From Phoronis australis (Eukaryota > Animalia > Phoronida): DNA of 64,000 nucleotides. Every line of letters begins with the position of its first letter. Position 1 is the stretch's first letter. The stretch spans positions 559,808 to 623,807 of the forward strand of contig NMRA01000131.1 of NCBI GenBank assembly GCA_002633005.1. Reading direction: 5' to 3'. Under the pieces are notes generated by a model. It ran no database searches. It was not told the DNA's origin and saw only the letters and a program-made list of their open reading frames with translations. Made by a program: the position numbers and the translations under genes. Below, piece after piece: positions 41,601 to 56,600 of the stretch.

Positions 41601-44600
41601 TTGTAATTGGCTTACAATGAGCTGAAAAGAATTAATGTAAACTTAAAGGTATTTCAATTAACATTAGATTGTGTTCAGCTCATGGAACTGTTAATGTGCG
41701 ATATTCCTGCACAGTTTGGAAAACATGGAAGTATGCTATGGACTATGGAGGCTTCTTGCAAGATTTTGATACAGAAGCTGTTCAGAAACAAGAAATTAAT
41801 ATGCTTTCAATCATTTTGGAAAGTCATGGCAATTGTCTTAAGGCTGTGCTTTGGAGCTGGAAATATGTTGATCAACAAATAGCTTCTCTGTTTGTGTTTT
41901 TCTAACGTTTGGGCTTTCTTGGGTCAAGTCCATTCATGAGTAGGATATTACTTTTTTGTTTTCAGGAAGACTATAGGCCAAAATCAAAAGCTAGAACTCT
42001 CGCTGAAACAAGAAATTTACTTTTTACAAAAGACCTGATCTGATCCTGATCACATGTTGCCTGTATTTAACATTTTGAACTATTTTGTAGTCAACAGAGA
42101 GCGACCTATCTATGGAAGATGATGACCTTGGGAACTCCAAGGTGACATTCACCGACTTCATTCAGCAGTATAAGGAACTCACTGATTGGTTGAATCAGAT
42201 ACAGCTTCACACAGAACGGCAGGGTGCTAGTCTGTCAGAGAAGTATCTTAATCAGGTAGCTGAAATAGAAATATCCTGACTTAAAAAATTTGAATAAACA
42301 AAATTTATGCTCAGACTAAATCAAAATTTTTTGTAACAAAAGTGAATGCGCTCAACCATGAGAAGTAGATACGCAGTGCTTTTTTAGCAAAGTGCAAGCC
42401 ATGATGTTAACTCATTGCTACTGATATTCGCTGAACTCTTAAATTTGTCAACCAAAATTACTATACATTTGTAAAAGTGAGGGAAGTTCAGCCACTCGGA
42501 CATGGGGCATTCCTTCGCACCGGTCATACGCATGCAGACACAAAATTCCCTCAGGATAAAAACTACGTTTCATCTTCATTTTCGGTGGCATCTTACTGTG
42601 CTATGTACGCCTCGTTGACTCAATATTATGGCGATTGGTAAGGATTGAGAGTACATACGAAACTGTTCTATGCGTGATGCTAGGAGATTCGATGTGAGTG
42701 ATAGCTCTGTAACCTTTGACCTTGGGATAAGTAGTAAGCAAATTTTGACACGGTTGTGCAGTTCTTAGGTGGTTCTGTTAAATCTTTTTTTTCTTGCTAC
42801 TTGGTATATATTTTGTATTTGAAGTTCTCCGAGAATGAAGATAAGGTATTTTGCTTGACATATGTGAAATTTTGCAAAAATGGCCAAATTTTTGTGAATA
42901 AGGTTTGAGATATCTTTAAAACTGTCTAATTGATGTACAAAGTGAGACTGTAACATGCAGCTGTTACCAAATGAAAGTTAACAAACATCATCTTACCTGT
43001 CCTAATTATCATCTGAGGATCTTGAATGGTTGCACCTTGCCTGAAGGTGATGGTCTTGGCAAAACTTTGCCATTGCCTTTAACAATTTATTTGTCAGAGA
43101 CAACTTTTCTTCTTGTGTTTAGCAAGCAGTTTCATGGTCTGATAATGGGGGGCGCTTTAGCACAATGTTGACTCTTCTGCTGTTCATTTCAGAAATACTA
43201 TGAGGAGATGTTGCAGCGGTCACCAAGACGTAAATTGTTCAATGACTATGCCAAGCAGCTGATGCGCAGGTACCCCAACATGAAGGAAGAAATACAGATC
43301 CGCATACAGCACCTCAACAACCAATGGGGGGCGCTAGAATCAGCGATATCACCGAAGAGGGCCAGTAATGACGAGGATACTATGATGAAAGGTCAGTAAT
43401 CACACGAACTTTTTTGCTGCCCTCTCTAGTGTTGGAGAGACATTGTGGTTGTGGTGCTGGTACAATTTTTGAAATAAAATGGCAGGAGGCTTTTATCGCT
43501 GAACATTGCGGAATTTTTAGAGCCAAAACAGATCTGCAAGTGACCTCCAGTTTGCTGACACTTTGTGCTAAATTTTTTTGGTCTTCGCAGTGACTTCATC
43601 AAAATGTAAGAAACATTTACGAGATAATGTCCAATTTCCTTAACCTTTTAATGACCCTGATACAGTATATGATCCTCCATTCGTTAAAGGTGATCCTAGC
43701 ATTGCAAGCAAAGGCGTTAACTTACATGAGTTGAATGCGTTTTGTGACAATGGCGGTACTGTATAGTGACAGATGCGAAGTTCATTGTGAACATAACCCC
43801 ATTAGGGTGTACAAAATTGCTGATGCTCAATCTTCCCCATACCTGCCAATTTTATGTATCACACTTTTTTCCTGGAATTTTTATCCACCCACATATTTAT
43901 ATGACTTACTTAAAACCCTTACCACACCATGGTGGATAGCGCCTCTGTGACTGAATGCCATCGATGCCTACTTACAGCATGTGACAAACTGAATGAAATT
44001 GTCTAAAATTAATTTGTAGACTTGGAAGCTGACCTGAACAGTCTACGGAGCTGGCTTCATGGTGTGGAAGGTCGTCTTCTGCCCCTGTGTCTCCGCCCCT
44101 CATGGACCCTGCAGGAGCTAGAGGAACGACTCAAGAGTCACAAGGTAAGAGGGTGGAGTTGATTGCATTCTGTATATACACTGTTTTCTCTGTGCTGAAT
44201 CTAACGTATACCCATGCACTTTCAACTTTGTGCAGACTTTTGAAATCTCGTTTTTGAATGGTTGTAGAGTGTAGCCTTTTGGGTGTCAAAGAGTTATCTC
44301 AAGTGTAATGATGTAACTTTTGTGTTTGACTTGTGAACTTTTTACATGAAACAAAATAAATAATGATTGTTTATGCAATATCGGTACGAAGGTGGATTAC
44401 AATAGGAAAAACATGTTATGATTTTCCACATCAGGAGAATACTTATCGGAGTTTGATGCACATGCTCATTTTTAGATATGCCCAGGGCATGTATTTTAGG
44501 GCACAAAATGACTGACAAGTGAAATTTCATTGTCCTGCACCAAATTAATGCTTTCCTGTGTTAAGGTCCTGTACTGGTGTTACCATCTGCTGATATTTTG

Positions 44601-47600
44601 AAAAATGTAAGCATTTGAGACAATGTTAGAAGGCCTTGGAAAATGATAAAATGCAATTTCCACAATTACATTTTTTCTTAAATGGGTGAAATTTTGTTGT
44701 AAGTTTTCGGAGGGTGATGGTTATTACTCAGTGTTGATTTGAACTGTGGCTTTTCTGTATTGCGGGTCAGTTATTTAGTTATAACTAATATTGGTTGCCA
44801 TGGTATGTGATAGCTCTAGGATTCTCTACTTCCAGTAGAGAAGTGGTACCCTTGTCTGTAAAACCCATTGGGTAATGGCCGGAAGTAACGTGCCCAAAGT
44901 TTGAGAACCATTTTTTCAACTGAATAATGGGCACCAAACTGGTTCTCAAAATTCGGGCATGTTATATCCGACTATTGCCAGCCATGGGTCTTCCTGTTAC
45001 TTAAGTCTTGATGGTACATTGTAAACTTGCTATTATTTAGAATTAATACCTCATTTAAACTGAAGTGTGGAATAGATTTATCCCAGTTTGTAATGAAATC
45101 AAACCACATAGAAAATCTTGGGCTATGGTACATAAAGTAATCTAGATGTGCGCATGTCACTTCCCCATCTGAGTGGAATCCATTCGATGTGTATGTTCGC
45201 ACTTAACAGATTACCGTTTGAAACAAGCCGAAAGGAGGTTCAGGTTGAAACTGCTTGTGTTTACACATTCTTCATCAATTGATTTGAAGCGCAAACCCAT
45301 TTAAACTCTATTTAGTCTTTAGTGTGAACGAAATATAAGACTAAATACTCTTACACAAGTGTGACCCAAAATACTGTATTTGATATATTATAGAAGAAAT
45401 ATATTTTCACCTGTGCACATGGTATATTGTAGCAACAAATGTGAGTACACCTTGACAGCGAAAGGTGGTGGCCAGGCAAGGGGCAGCAAATATTTACACT
45501 TACTATGGTTTTTTGTGTATCTAAAAGTTGCTTTGTTATCTTGAGAGGCACTGCACTACTCTGTGCTTGTTTAAGCTGTACTGGGTTGACACCTGGTGAT
45601 TGAATTGTGAACTAATTCTTGAGATGTATAAAAACATTGGCATGGGAATTAAAAAAAAAAATATCTGAAAACATTTTAGACATGATAGCTCATGCGTAGA
45701 AACTTATATTGTTTGGTAGTTACTGTTGAACGTTTTTCTTGGCTTTTTGTGCTGCCTGGCAAAATAGTAATAATCTCTTTACTGATTGGTTCCTATGTGA
45801 CAAGAATTTTATCTGTTAGCATTTCTTCTCTTTAAATTTGAAGAATGCTTGAAATGCAATGTAGTTGTGTACAGTACGTTATAAGATCCCGACCTTATGA
45901 GTAATAAATTGATGTACAATATAACATAGAGACCTCCTTCACACACTTGTTGTTATCCAGTGTAAACAGATAACATTATCGTGCATTATTACTGGATTGA
46001 GGTGTGCTTGACGGTTATACATAGGATTTCATTCTTATCTAAGAGAGCTATGTGACATCATTCACGTCTTGCTTCAAAAATGAACGGCTGAGACTAGGCC
46101 AGGTATTGTTTTTGTCTATTAGCAACTATAGGCGTGTAAGTTGATGTTTACCGACTTTGGAGAAACAGAATTGGAAAGAATGGCATTTTACAGTTTTACT
46201 TTTCTAGTCGTGTAAAATGGTGGATTTTCTTTCTTGTGGAAGTCTTCTTGGTTCTGACAACTTTTGGTCATTATTTCAGCTCCACGCTGTGGGTTATGAA
46301 CGAGTGTATATAGAATTGCACCTATTACTATTTTATGTTTTGTTCGTGCTAGGTCTGCTATTGTTTGTTATGTCCAACATTTTCAGCTGAAGACCATTAA
46401 ATTTAGTCTCAAGTATTTATTCACAGTGTTTGGTAATCAACAAATGGTTTTCATGAAGGAATGTTAAAATATGAGAGTTTTCTTTTCTGTGTAGTTCTGA
46501 ATTGAAAGACTTGTTTTGTGGTTATTAGTAAGGAGGTGGTGGCATGGGGGTTTGTCTCAATGTTCACTGAAGACGCATCAGATGTGTAGCTGTAGGTTGA
46601 TGATATTGAAAAGTTACTGGGTTTATATCTTTAATCTTTGGTTGAATGCTTTATTGATCTCTTGTATAGTGACCTAGGGTATGGTTTCTTGTTATTTATG
46701 ACTTTGGTCTCCAAATTCAAATGTACTGTTGACATTGCAACAAAGAACTTAACAATTAGGTGGTATGTTTACTTCTTTATATTCTCCAATCACAACACTA
46801 AGATTTAAAGGAAGGAAAATACTTAGTACTTTGCAATAAAGACGTCAAGGAACCTGACTTTCCAATTGGCTTTCGAAAGAGGCAGTTCTTGTCGTCATCT
46901 AATGAGTCGGTTACAGCATTTTATCTGAGCTCATTCCAACAAGCCTGAGTCTTGTCTGTGGTGAACGATCGTTTGGCTGATCTAATCTTCTGTTTCTTTC
47001 TTTGCAGGATCTTCAGCTAGACATAGAATCCCACTCCAAGATTGTATCTGCAGTTCTTAAACTGTGTGAGCGTCTACAGAGTGACAAGCATGCGGACGAT
47101 AGTGAAGATGACCGCGAGGCGTTCCAGCTGGTAGCTATCAACTTGGAAAGACGCTGGCACACCATCTGGTTACAGTCGTTGGAGTGGCAGTGTCGACTAG
47201 AAGAAGCAATCGGTCGCAGGAAGGTAAAAATGCTGTACTATGTGACGCGGGACATGATATCATACTTTGGTAGGGGATATTTTAGAAAATCCTGGGTCAG
47301 CTGATCCCGTAATTATCAAAAATGTCATTTTTGTTCATTTTCAAGTGTGAATGCCCAAATATTTCAAAACATTATTTTTAGTAGCTGTGGAACACATTTT
47401 GAAGAGAGATCATCATAAATTTTGTACTGCACATATTTCACGAAAAAAAATTATAAAGTAAAATTTTACGTGTCAACCATATTGTATCCTAAGTTTGTGA
47501 CATTTTACCATACTATAGCTGATGGTACGTGACACGATATTGTAATATGAGGTACTATGGTTGATGCCGTACTGCATATTATCGGACCTGTGTCACATAT

Positions 47601-50600
47601 GCAAGTACGCAATGTCTGCAAATAAATACTCTGAAGTCAAAACAAATTAAGTGAACTGCATGTCAGTATGGCGCTAAAGTGGAAAATATTCAAAGTGAAA
47701 AATATTCAATACATTAACTTCTTCATTAGTACTTGTTAAAGCAATTGTTAAAACAGTTGTAATCACTTGGCCTCTTCGACTTTGTGCTAGGAAGTTGGCC
47801 CACAAACTTTATGAGCTATGGAGCACGTCTTACATTACAAATTGTGGTCTTCAACATATTGTCAACGGATATGGAGAAATTAAATATTTTTATTGGTCAA
47901 ATCATTATTAAAGATATTGGCGCAACAAGTTTAAAGCAAAATTAAATCCATCTTCCATCACAAAAAACAAGTTACGTTTTAGGTCATTTACTATTGTGAA
48001 GTTTGTGTCTAAGTTGTACCTTAAGACCTTCCAACTTTAATCCAGTACTAACGAAGCATCGGCGTCAATTGGAAAGTTTTCTCGTTAGCTTCAGTAGTTC
48101 TTTAAAATCGGATTTATGGCTAGGTGACTATCATCATCAAAGATATCTCAAAGTGTACTTGATGACAACAGTAGTGACCCCAGCTGGTAATTTTGATGGA
48201 CACGCAAGTTAAGCGTTCCTACTGTAGTGATGCATGGACACACTGATGCTCCCCTGAACACGGAAAGGATCTCAGGAGTTCAAAGGAAGTGACAGTTCAA
48301 TATGACATGAGCTAAGGCTGTACAAGTTGGCTTGTCACGCAGGACATTTCATGCGCCGAGCGTGGTCTCAACGAGTAACGAACTGTTGCTTCTTTGTAAA
48401 CTCAGAAATCTCTTCTTACCTGAGTATGAAACCAATTGAGACTTATTTTATAGAGATAGGTGGTTTATATTAGAATGTGGCTTCTTGGACGCAACACAGG
48501 CTTAAAGTGACTTTAAAGATGATTTGTTTTTGTTTGATTTATCCTTTGAATTGTACACTTAATACATATTATAATGTGTGTGTTGTAGACTGGGTAAAAC
48601 TTACTCCAAAACACTGCTTTAATTTAATTTGTTATCAACAGAGGCCGCTGAACTCGTCACATGCTATTGATTTTGTAATAATGTGCTCGTGTGTGTATTT
48701 TTAGTATTTTCTGTGTGCACCAGGTCATGTAGGCGTCTTTATGTTGATTCTTGTGATAAGGATGAATGACCGTATTTAAAACACACCTGAAGTGCCTAAA
48801 ATGTGCAGGGTCAGCATCAGGTAAAAGTCATTATGTGACTGAGGCCGTGGTCTCCTCAGGTAGAGTTTGAATACATGTTCATTGTATTTCATGACGTTTC
48901 ATAGAGTTGATAATAAATCATCTCTACTACATACCTTAGATATGCACTCTTGAGGCAGAGACCTCATGTGGAACTGTTAAGTCGAGGCATATTTCTGGCC
49001 GGGAATACCATCATAAAAATTATTATCCTCATTTATATAAAAATAGATGTGTGTAAATATTCCCTGTTGTTTTGAACAGCCAGATTTATTTATATGGAAG
49101 TCATTAGCTGGGCAAGTTAACAAGACCTTCAGGCTGTATTGAATCTATACTCAATTCATTCAGGAGACTTGAAAGATGACACTTGGTTTTGTGATCATTA
49201 GAGGGTGGTTGTAACTTGTATGTCATTGAGGCTTCTTTTGGATGAGATGTGTTACTTGTACATACAATGGTATTGACATCCAGGCTCTGTGATATGTTGT
49301 AATGTAAGGCTATTTGTCCTGCACTCTAACATCCATTCAGTCTCTGCCTGTGGACCCTTGGGACATATTGGATTGTGTCTTATGTGCAAGCAAGCTTTAG
49401 TGATCACGCATCTGTTGTGAATATTGTTACAGTCTGGTTCTGTGGTGGTGGCTATCTTGTGAATTGTATCAGGAAGTTTTCATTTAAAGACTTAGGTACC
49501 CGCTAACTCGACTTTGATTGTGATAAGTAAATGTGTTTCACAGTGTTGTGGTGCCTTTAAAGCGCAATGAATACTTCTTCTCTCAGAGCACAGATATGTT
49601 ATGTTATGTCTTGTAAATTGCTTAGACATCTTGCAGTTTATATGAGGTGAGCTTTAATGATGTTATTAATCCTTAATTAAGTCTGAACTGCTCAGATAAC
49701 TAGCGAATAATAACCCATACAGTTATTTCCTCCATGGAACGTAATGATTTGGCAGGCAAAAGTTATGGGCATGCTGTGGTGTTCTCAAGCAGATGTTGAT
49801 GTGTGGTTTGGTCCACTGTAGCCGCATGTACATGGGAGACAACTCTCATGGAGCAACGAACACGGAACAGCTGATGGGACGCAACTGTATATGTAAACAC
49901 GACTGACACGGAGCAATTTGATACTGTGGCAGCCATTTTTGACACTGGTTTGAGAGGTAGAGTAAGTTGCGCTCCATCAGTTGCTCCAGTGTCAAATACA
50001 CGTCTAAACACAAACTGGAGAAAGGTGAAAGGGATCATGTCAATACCATATATGTGGATGATTTTGTGGCATTCCGTCCACGTGGTTTGGATATTCGTTA
50101 TTGTTTATACAAGCATGCGATTACAATCTTCGTGTAAATGACCCATGCTGATCCAGTTTGTGGTCTAATGTCTAAATGTTTTCTAAAGTGGAGCAAGTTT
50201 CGCCGTAACAACTTGGCGCAACTCGCACCGTGACAACTGTTCCCTGTGTAATATTAGCTTGTTAGGTATACGTTACGAACGACATTAAGATCAACCTAAG
50301 TGGAATATTGTCATTTTCATTTTGTGAGTTTTTTTAGAATTTATTGCTCAGTATGTGGGCTAAATAGATTATTACATGTTTTCAACAGTTATGCTCTGTA
50401 TCTTGTGAGATTTGATGAAATTCTCACTGTGGGAGTTATCACCCCTGGTGTAGTGATTCCTCCATATCCGCTTGGTGGGTCTAGATATGGGAAATAATGG
50501 TTTCACCACGTAATAGTCTGTGCACTCATTGGGTAGGGCTGTTCAAGTAAAAATAGGGCCTATTTTATTACATGTTACTACACTAACTGATTAGGGTTAG

Positions 50601-53600
50601 AACAGACATGGGCTGCTTTGAGAAGACACAAGAAGCTTGCTAGTAAAGCTAACGCAGTTGTGTGCTTTAGCTCCACTGCATGGTGATATCTCGTAGACTT
50701 GCTTCATCTTGCATTTTTGTTGAACGTACACCTGTACTCTTGCACTAGACTAACTGGACCGACTGGATACACGCTTGCATAGGCAGGACATGAGGTTACT
50801 GGCGCCACCTATGGAATTCAAGGTTCTTTTTATAGTTGAGGTATAATTGAACTGATGTTAATTTAAGAACATCCTTGTTATGTCAAGTTTCTTTTAATGA
50901 AAGGATTTTTGCTAAAGATTCATTCAGTATTCCTTCTGATTACATGATTCTGACTCCACAAGAGAATTGGCTCTAATGTAAGGACATGTCTGAATCCCAA
51001 CTTCATCATATAACATCTATGGCAAGCCATTACCCACAATGTAAACTAAGCTGAAAACATTCTAAAGCTTATTAAGATGAATGTTGATATTAAATGTATT
51101 GAAATCTTCTGTGAAAGAAGAGGGGATTGTTAATATGTTGGACTTTTTTACATTTCATATCAACTTGGTCTTACTTATTCTATTTATGTCTGTACTCATT
51201 GTATCCAGCTGCATGCCTCAAACTGAAGAAAGGTTAGGAGTATAGTAGTTATGAGTCTTTTGTTGTCTAGATTGGCTTTGTTGACCCACTAACGTGACCT
51301 ACTGAGGTTAGTCAACCAGTTTACACCATACTCATTTATATCAATAGGTATCCCCATAGTGGACAGGGGCATGAGTAAGGTATGGGAAGCATTTCTCTTT
51401 ATTGCTTTATTGCCATAAACTGTGTGTGTGTGTCTGTCTGTCTGTTGTCTCTGGTTGAGATCAAGACTTATTTAAGACTAGACCTTACTTTAAGGTGAGC
51501 CAGTAAGGTCATGTTATTACCTGTTGACCATGCAGGTGTTTTTCTACCTAGGATGATGTTATGATGGTGTATACAATGAACGTGGGAATGTGTGGTATTG
51601 ATGGCCCTGTGTTTTAGTTTATACAAGTTGTGAGTTTCCTGTGTTGTTCTTTGTAAGGGTTTACTTAAGGGTAAAATATGCTCATTCCTTAGACTCATTG
51701 ATATCAGTGCAACCTGTAGGTACTGCTGATTGAGAACATTTGAGGTGAGTTGATGGCTTCTTTTTTCCTTCACATCTTGTTCCATTTAGATCCCGTACTT
51801 GGGTTAACATTATTGCTTTATAGTTTTATATGAAGTATCTATGTGATAGGTGCATTTTTGGATGTGTTCATTAGTATAAACTAATAACCTGGTAACCTAG
51901 TGATCAATTTGCTCTGCATGACAAGTTAGAATTACTTCGTTTGACTGGAACAACACAGCTAAGTACAGCATTCTAGTACCCCTGAGCTAAACTTACTTTG
52001 TTAGCATTTAATCTTGGATCAGACATGTATACTTATATAGCTCAATATCGATGTTACAGATTTTAAATAAATATTTATTTGACTGACCTCCTTTTGGCAT
52101 TTTGATTTATAAACCCATTATATTAGGTCTGAGTAGGATGTTTCCAGGTGAGGCAAGGTGAAGTTATCACAATCTTAAGAAACTTGATAGTATGCTCTGT
52201 AATCGGTTTGTCTTTAGCTAAAATTATCCAGGTTCTTTGAGTGAAAATACATGATTAGGAAATAAAACTTATGGCTGTCTGGTCTCTACGTTCACGGCAA
52301 ATCAGCTGAGCTTGTCGTGTTACTTAAAACTTCCGTGAATACTTGTTTTTTCATCATTGCTCACACATGGTCTCATGTTATTCTCTTTATATATTGTGTC
52401 ACCATGTAAAACAAACTTTTACTTAGTCCCGTCCACAGTGTAAAATGATCTTTTACTTAAGTCATGTCTACACACAGCCTACCCTAGAATAACTTGTGCT
52501 AGTGCAACTTACCCCACTTTTAAGTGGAGCATCCACACACACATATCCCATAACTAGGGTAAGGTGGAAGTTGTTTCTGTATATTTGACAATGAACATCA
52601 AATGCGAGTACGCCGTGCTAAAGAAAACCCGTCTGTACGTAAACGCAGCTGATAATTATTTCCCCTTGCCCCATTTTTGGGGCCACACGGGAATTAGAAG
52701 TGGCACAAGTTACCCTAGAACAGTTACCCCACCTTGATAAGGTGGAGTATGTTGTCACAAGTGGGTAAGTTGTACTAGTTTAAATAGCATCCTCACAGTC
52801 TCCAAAGCTACCAACAACTCGTTCCAGGGGTAAGTCTGTGGACAGCACTTTACTCACTCAGTCACTCACTCACTCCTGTGCTCACTTACTTACTGTTAGT
52901 CAGTATTTATTATGAAAACAGCTCACACTCTTTGTTTTCATATTTAGCCAGGTTCATAGTCATGTATTTTGTGGGGGATGCTTCTCTGTTGCAAAATGTG
53001 AATGTTATAAATTATGGAAACCATTCCCTCTTGAAACACCTCTATTTTGTTGTTAGATTTGCATATTTATGTAGTTCTTATACTAAGTGTAGCAATCAGT
53101 CGTGTCCCACTGTCAGATCTGTATTACCGTACTAACATTTTGAGCTGTTATTTAAAAATTTCCATACAGGTTTGCTCGTGAAAAATGGCTGTTTTGAAAA
53201 CACCTGAGACCTTTCAAAACAAACCAAGTATAAAATTCCTTCAGTAACTGTGTAGGTTTTCACTGTTCTCTTGCTATGGTCACGATGACCTTTTCTTATT
53301 TCCTTTACATGTCATCAACCTCCTTCACTGCCCATGTATACGCTGCTTGTTATCCGCCTTGTTGTCAATAGAACTAGCAGGTGGTGCCCAGGCAAGACGT
53401 CATCTGTGACTGAACAGGTGATAAATGTCTGGCTGCCTTTGTCACTACATACTAAAATTATGTTACTAAGGGATCTAGAATATCTAGTTGGTGATGAGTG
53501 CGATAAAATGTCACCAATTTCGGGAACAATAACTGCCAAAAAGTGCGCTTTTTTCATTTTTCAAGGGCCGGCTTCTAACAATGTTGTAAATAACCAAAAA

Positions 53601-56600
53601 AAATTTTCTGTTTGTATCTGTGGTACAGAATTTTGAGAAAACAATATATCATCCTGATACTACATATCATTTATGAAAAAATGATTATTCTGAAATTACT
53701 TAGGTATTTATACTTCATTTGTGACAGTTATTCATTTGTACACTCCAGCTATCTTGTTTCATTACTGGAACATTTACCGTTGGTGTCTGATCGACCAATT
53801 GAACTTTTTTGAGTCATTAAACTTGCTATTTAAATTTTAGTAACTATGCGAGTACTGCTATGCATTAGTTGTCATCAGCATGTCTCAACTGTATGTTTAC
53901 TCCATCTTACCTGTTTGTTTAAGCATAACTCTGTTGTACTGCTCCGGTGATAATGGCTGATGTTATGAATAAACTTTCTCGCTTTGCCATATATATTGAC
54001 ATTGTTAGTGGACTACGCACACAAAAATCAATTTCCCAGCCAGGGGATTATCGCTAGTACTGCATGTGAACGGCCAGTGGTGTGAGCATGTTTGGATGTT
54101 GGGTCAGTGTACCTGGGCACTGGTCCAAAATGTAGCATGCTCCCACCATGGGTTGTACTTCATCGCGTTCTCTGCGCCGTAAGAGGAGAGTTGGGGCGAT
54201 TAATCCTTCATTGGACAGAAAGGTATGTTGGATAATGTAGTGGTCAAATGAAGGTGTGTTGTGGTCACTTGCTTTATTGGACAATAGGTTGGTCCAGTTG
54301 GGATCGATAGGACAGCCGATACTGATTAACTAAACTTGCTTTTCAATTGAAAACTTTGTAGTTTATGTGTTTTATTTTACTCTCAGCTTTCCAAATCATT
54401 GTTACCATACATAATATTTATGCCAATCTCTGCTTCCATAGCATTGACTGTTAACACAAGGATTACGAAAGAAATGAACTCAAACAGAGCTCACAGCAAA
54501 ATAACAGTCAAGTCGTTCATAGATTTTGTATTTCTGTTATATTTAGTAAGGCAACCGACTTCTCTTGCGCCGGGACATTTGTATGTTTGCTTTTTGAGAC
54601 ACTGTTTCATAGCACCATAAACATTTCTAAAAACTGAAATGAACATGAGTCTGTTTCACTGTTATGTCCTATGTTGACTCAACTTCAACAACATTGTGCT
54701 GTAATGTGTGTAATGATGTAATGTTGTTGTAATGTTGGTATGAAGTGTTTGTATCTCCTGACACTGATGAAGCAGTGTTTTCAAATTTTTCTGGTTTAGT
54801 TGTGTTTGCCTGTGACGTACTTTCACATTTTAAATTTAAAATTTGACATGTATATTCAGCCAAGGAATCACTTCATTACTGGCAAGTAAAATTCTTGCGT
54901 GCTAGGTTATATTTGCTCAACTGTAGCAATGGTGGATATTTTAGATCAATATTATTAAGTTCGGTTGGGTGTGTCTCAAAAGTGTCCAGTGTGCCTGTAA
55001 GAAATCGGGTTATTGTAATTGACTGGTTCTGTACTTTGTTCAAATACTGTCAGGCATTTAACAACTTAAATAATTGATGTACTTGGCTTATATAGAATGT
55101 ACTCTCTATTTATCACCTGTTATTCATTTTTGTATAATTCGTTATTTCATATGACCTGTTATATTGGTCTTGTTAGTAGCAGCATTATAAGTAACGTTAA
55201 CATTTTGTACTTTATTCTGTTTTTACTGGTGATAATCAATTCGTTAAGTAGAAGCAAACACTGCCCGGGCCTACAGAGACATTGATTCTGAGTGCCATTT
55301 CTTTGAATTCACCCATTGCTAGCTATTGAATTCTTTCTGTTTTATGCAGCAGCTGTTTGCATTGAGATCAATCGAGGACGCATGTCACTTTTTTCTATCT
55401 GGAGACTGCAGCGCATTGATATATTTTGACATTTACGAACATTTAGGTTTTAATCTGTAGGATTTGTTTTTTCAAGACGTATTGTGTTGGCGTATTTAAA
55501 TCAGCGCTCTGGATTAGTCGCTGGCCATTTTGGAAATGAGAATGGTTTTCAGAACAAGTAAGCTTCAAGAATGTGTGGGGTGTGGCGCTGCCCCCTGGTG
55601 GTTTGATCTTTTCATTGTTAAAAGCATATCACACCCGATGGAGAGTGGCAGCTCAATATTTTCTTTCATCTCCTTACGTCATTCCTTCATGTACTTCAAT
55701 GGACAAATTCTTTGAGAAGCACTGTCGATGTAATGTAATTGACTACATGTTTGTGCCTTTGACTATGGCCTTGTGTGCACTATGGTAGTGGATGCAAGGT
55801 TATCTGGATGAAGTAGCAGTCCTCAGCCACTTGATAATTGATGAAATGTGCGTCCTAAACTGATACAAGTAGCAGCCCAGGCATATGTTGGGGACTTTTG
55901 TACGTCCAAAAGTTGTATGAGAAATTGTTAAATTATATGTAGATACTTTTCAGTCGTCTCTGTAAGAACATTTGAGAAAGGCGATAATTGTGTTCTTTTT
56001 TCTGTTAGGACTCACTTTAAGCCAATTGGAGTTCTAAAGACATGCAACGTCAATTAACAGGGCTTGGAATTTTCCTCTTTTAAGATAATTTCCTCTTTTT
56101 GGTTTGTTTTCCTCTTATTTGATTTCCAGTTTCCTCTTTTTTCATCTTTTTTATCATTATTTTGACTTTATTCATGCGAAAACATTTATTTTAGTTAAAT
56201 CTTACAACACAAAAAAAATTTCTATCTCAAAAGCCTATTTATTTGTGAAACTAAACATCACCTGAAAGTTTTCCTTTTTTGTCATTGGTCATTCCAAGCC
56301 CTGAAGTAATGAATCATTTTAGCTAAAATGAAAAACAGAAATCTCACCATATGTGGACCAGCATATGTGTATATTGTTCCACTTCATAATCCTCTGTAGC
56401 CATTGTTGTTTGTTGTTAGGTCAGTTTTTGCTGTTCCTGCTATTCTTCAACACATGTTCATCTGTTTTTTAGGGACTGTACAACGTGAATTCGGCCCGTT
56501 CCAGTTGGAGTGATTTAAGCTACAAGACGGCCGCATCCCGTGAGCATGCTCAGGAGCACACTCACGACGTCGAAGACAGCGAACGTAGCGACATCAACGA

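Noticed and set aside
49770-50040. Slightly GC/CpG-rich patch in intron 6 resembling an exon
   Set aside because: All three + frames stop early and no phase-compatible splice pair was found.
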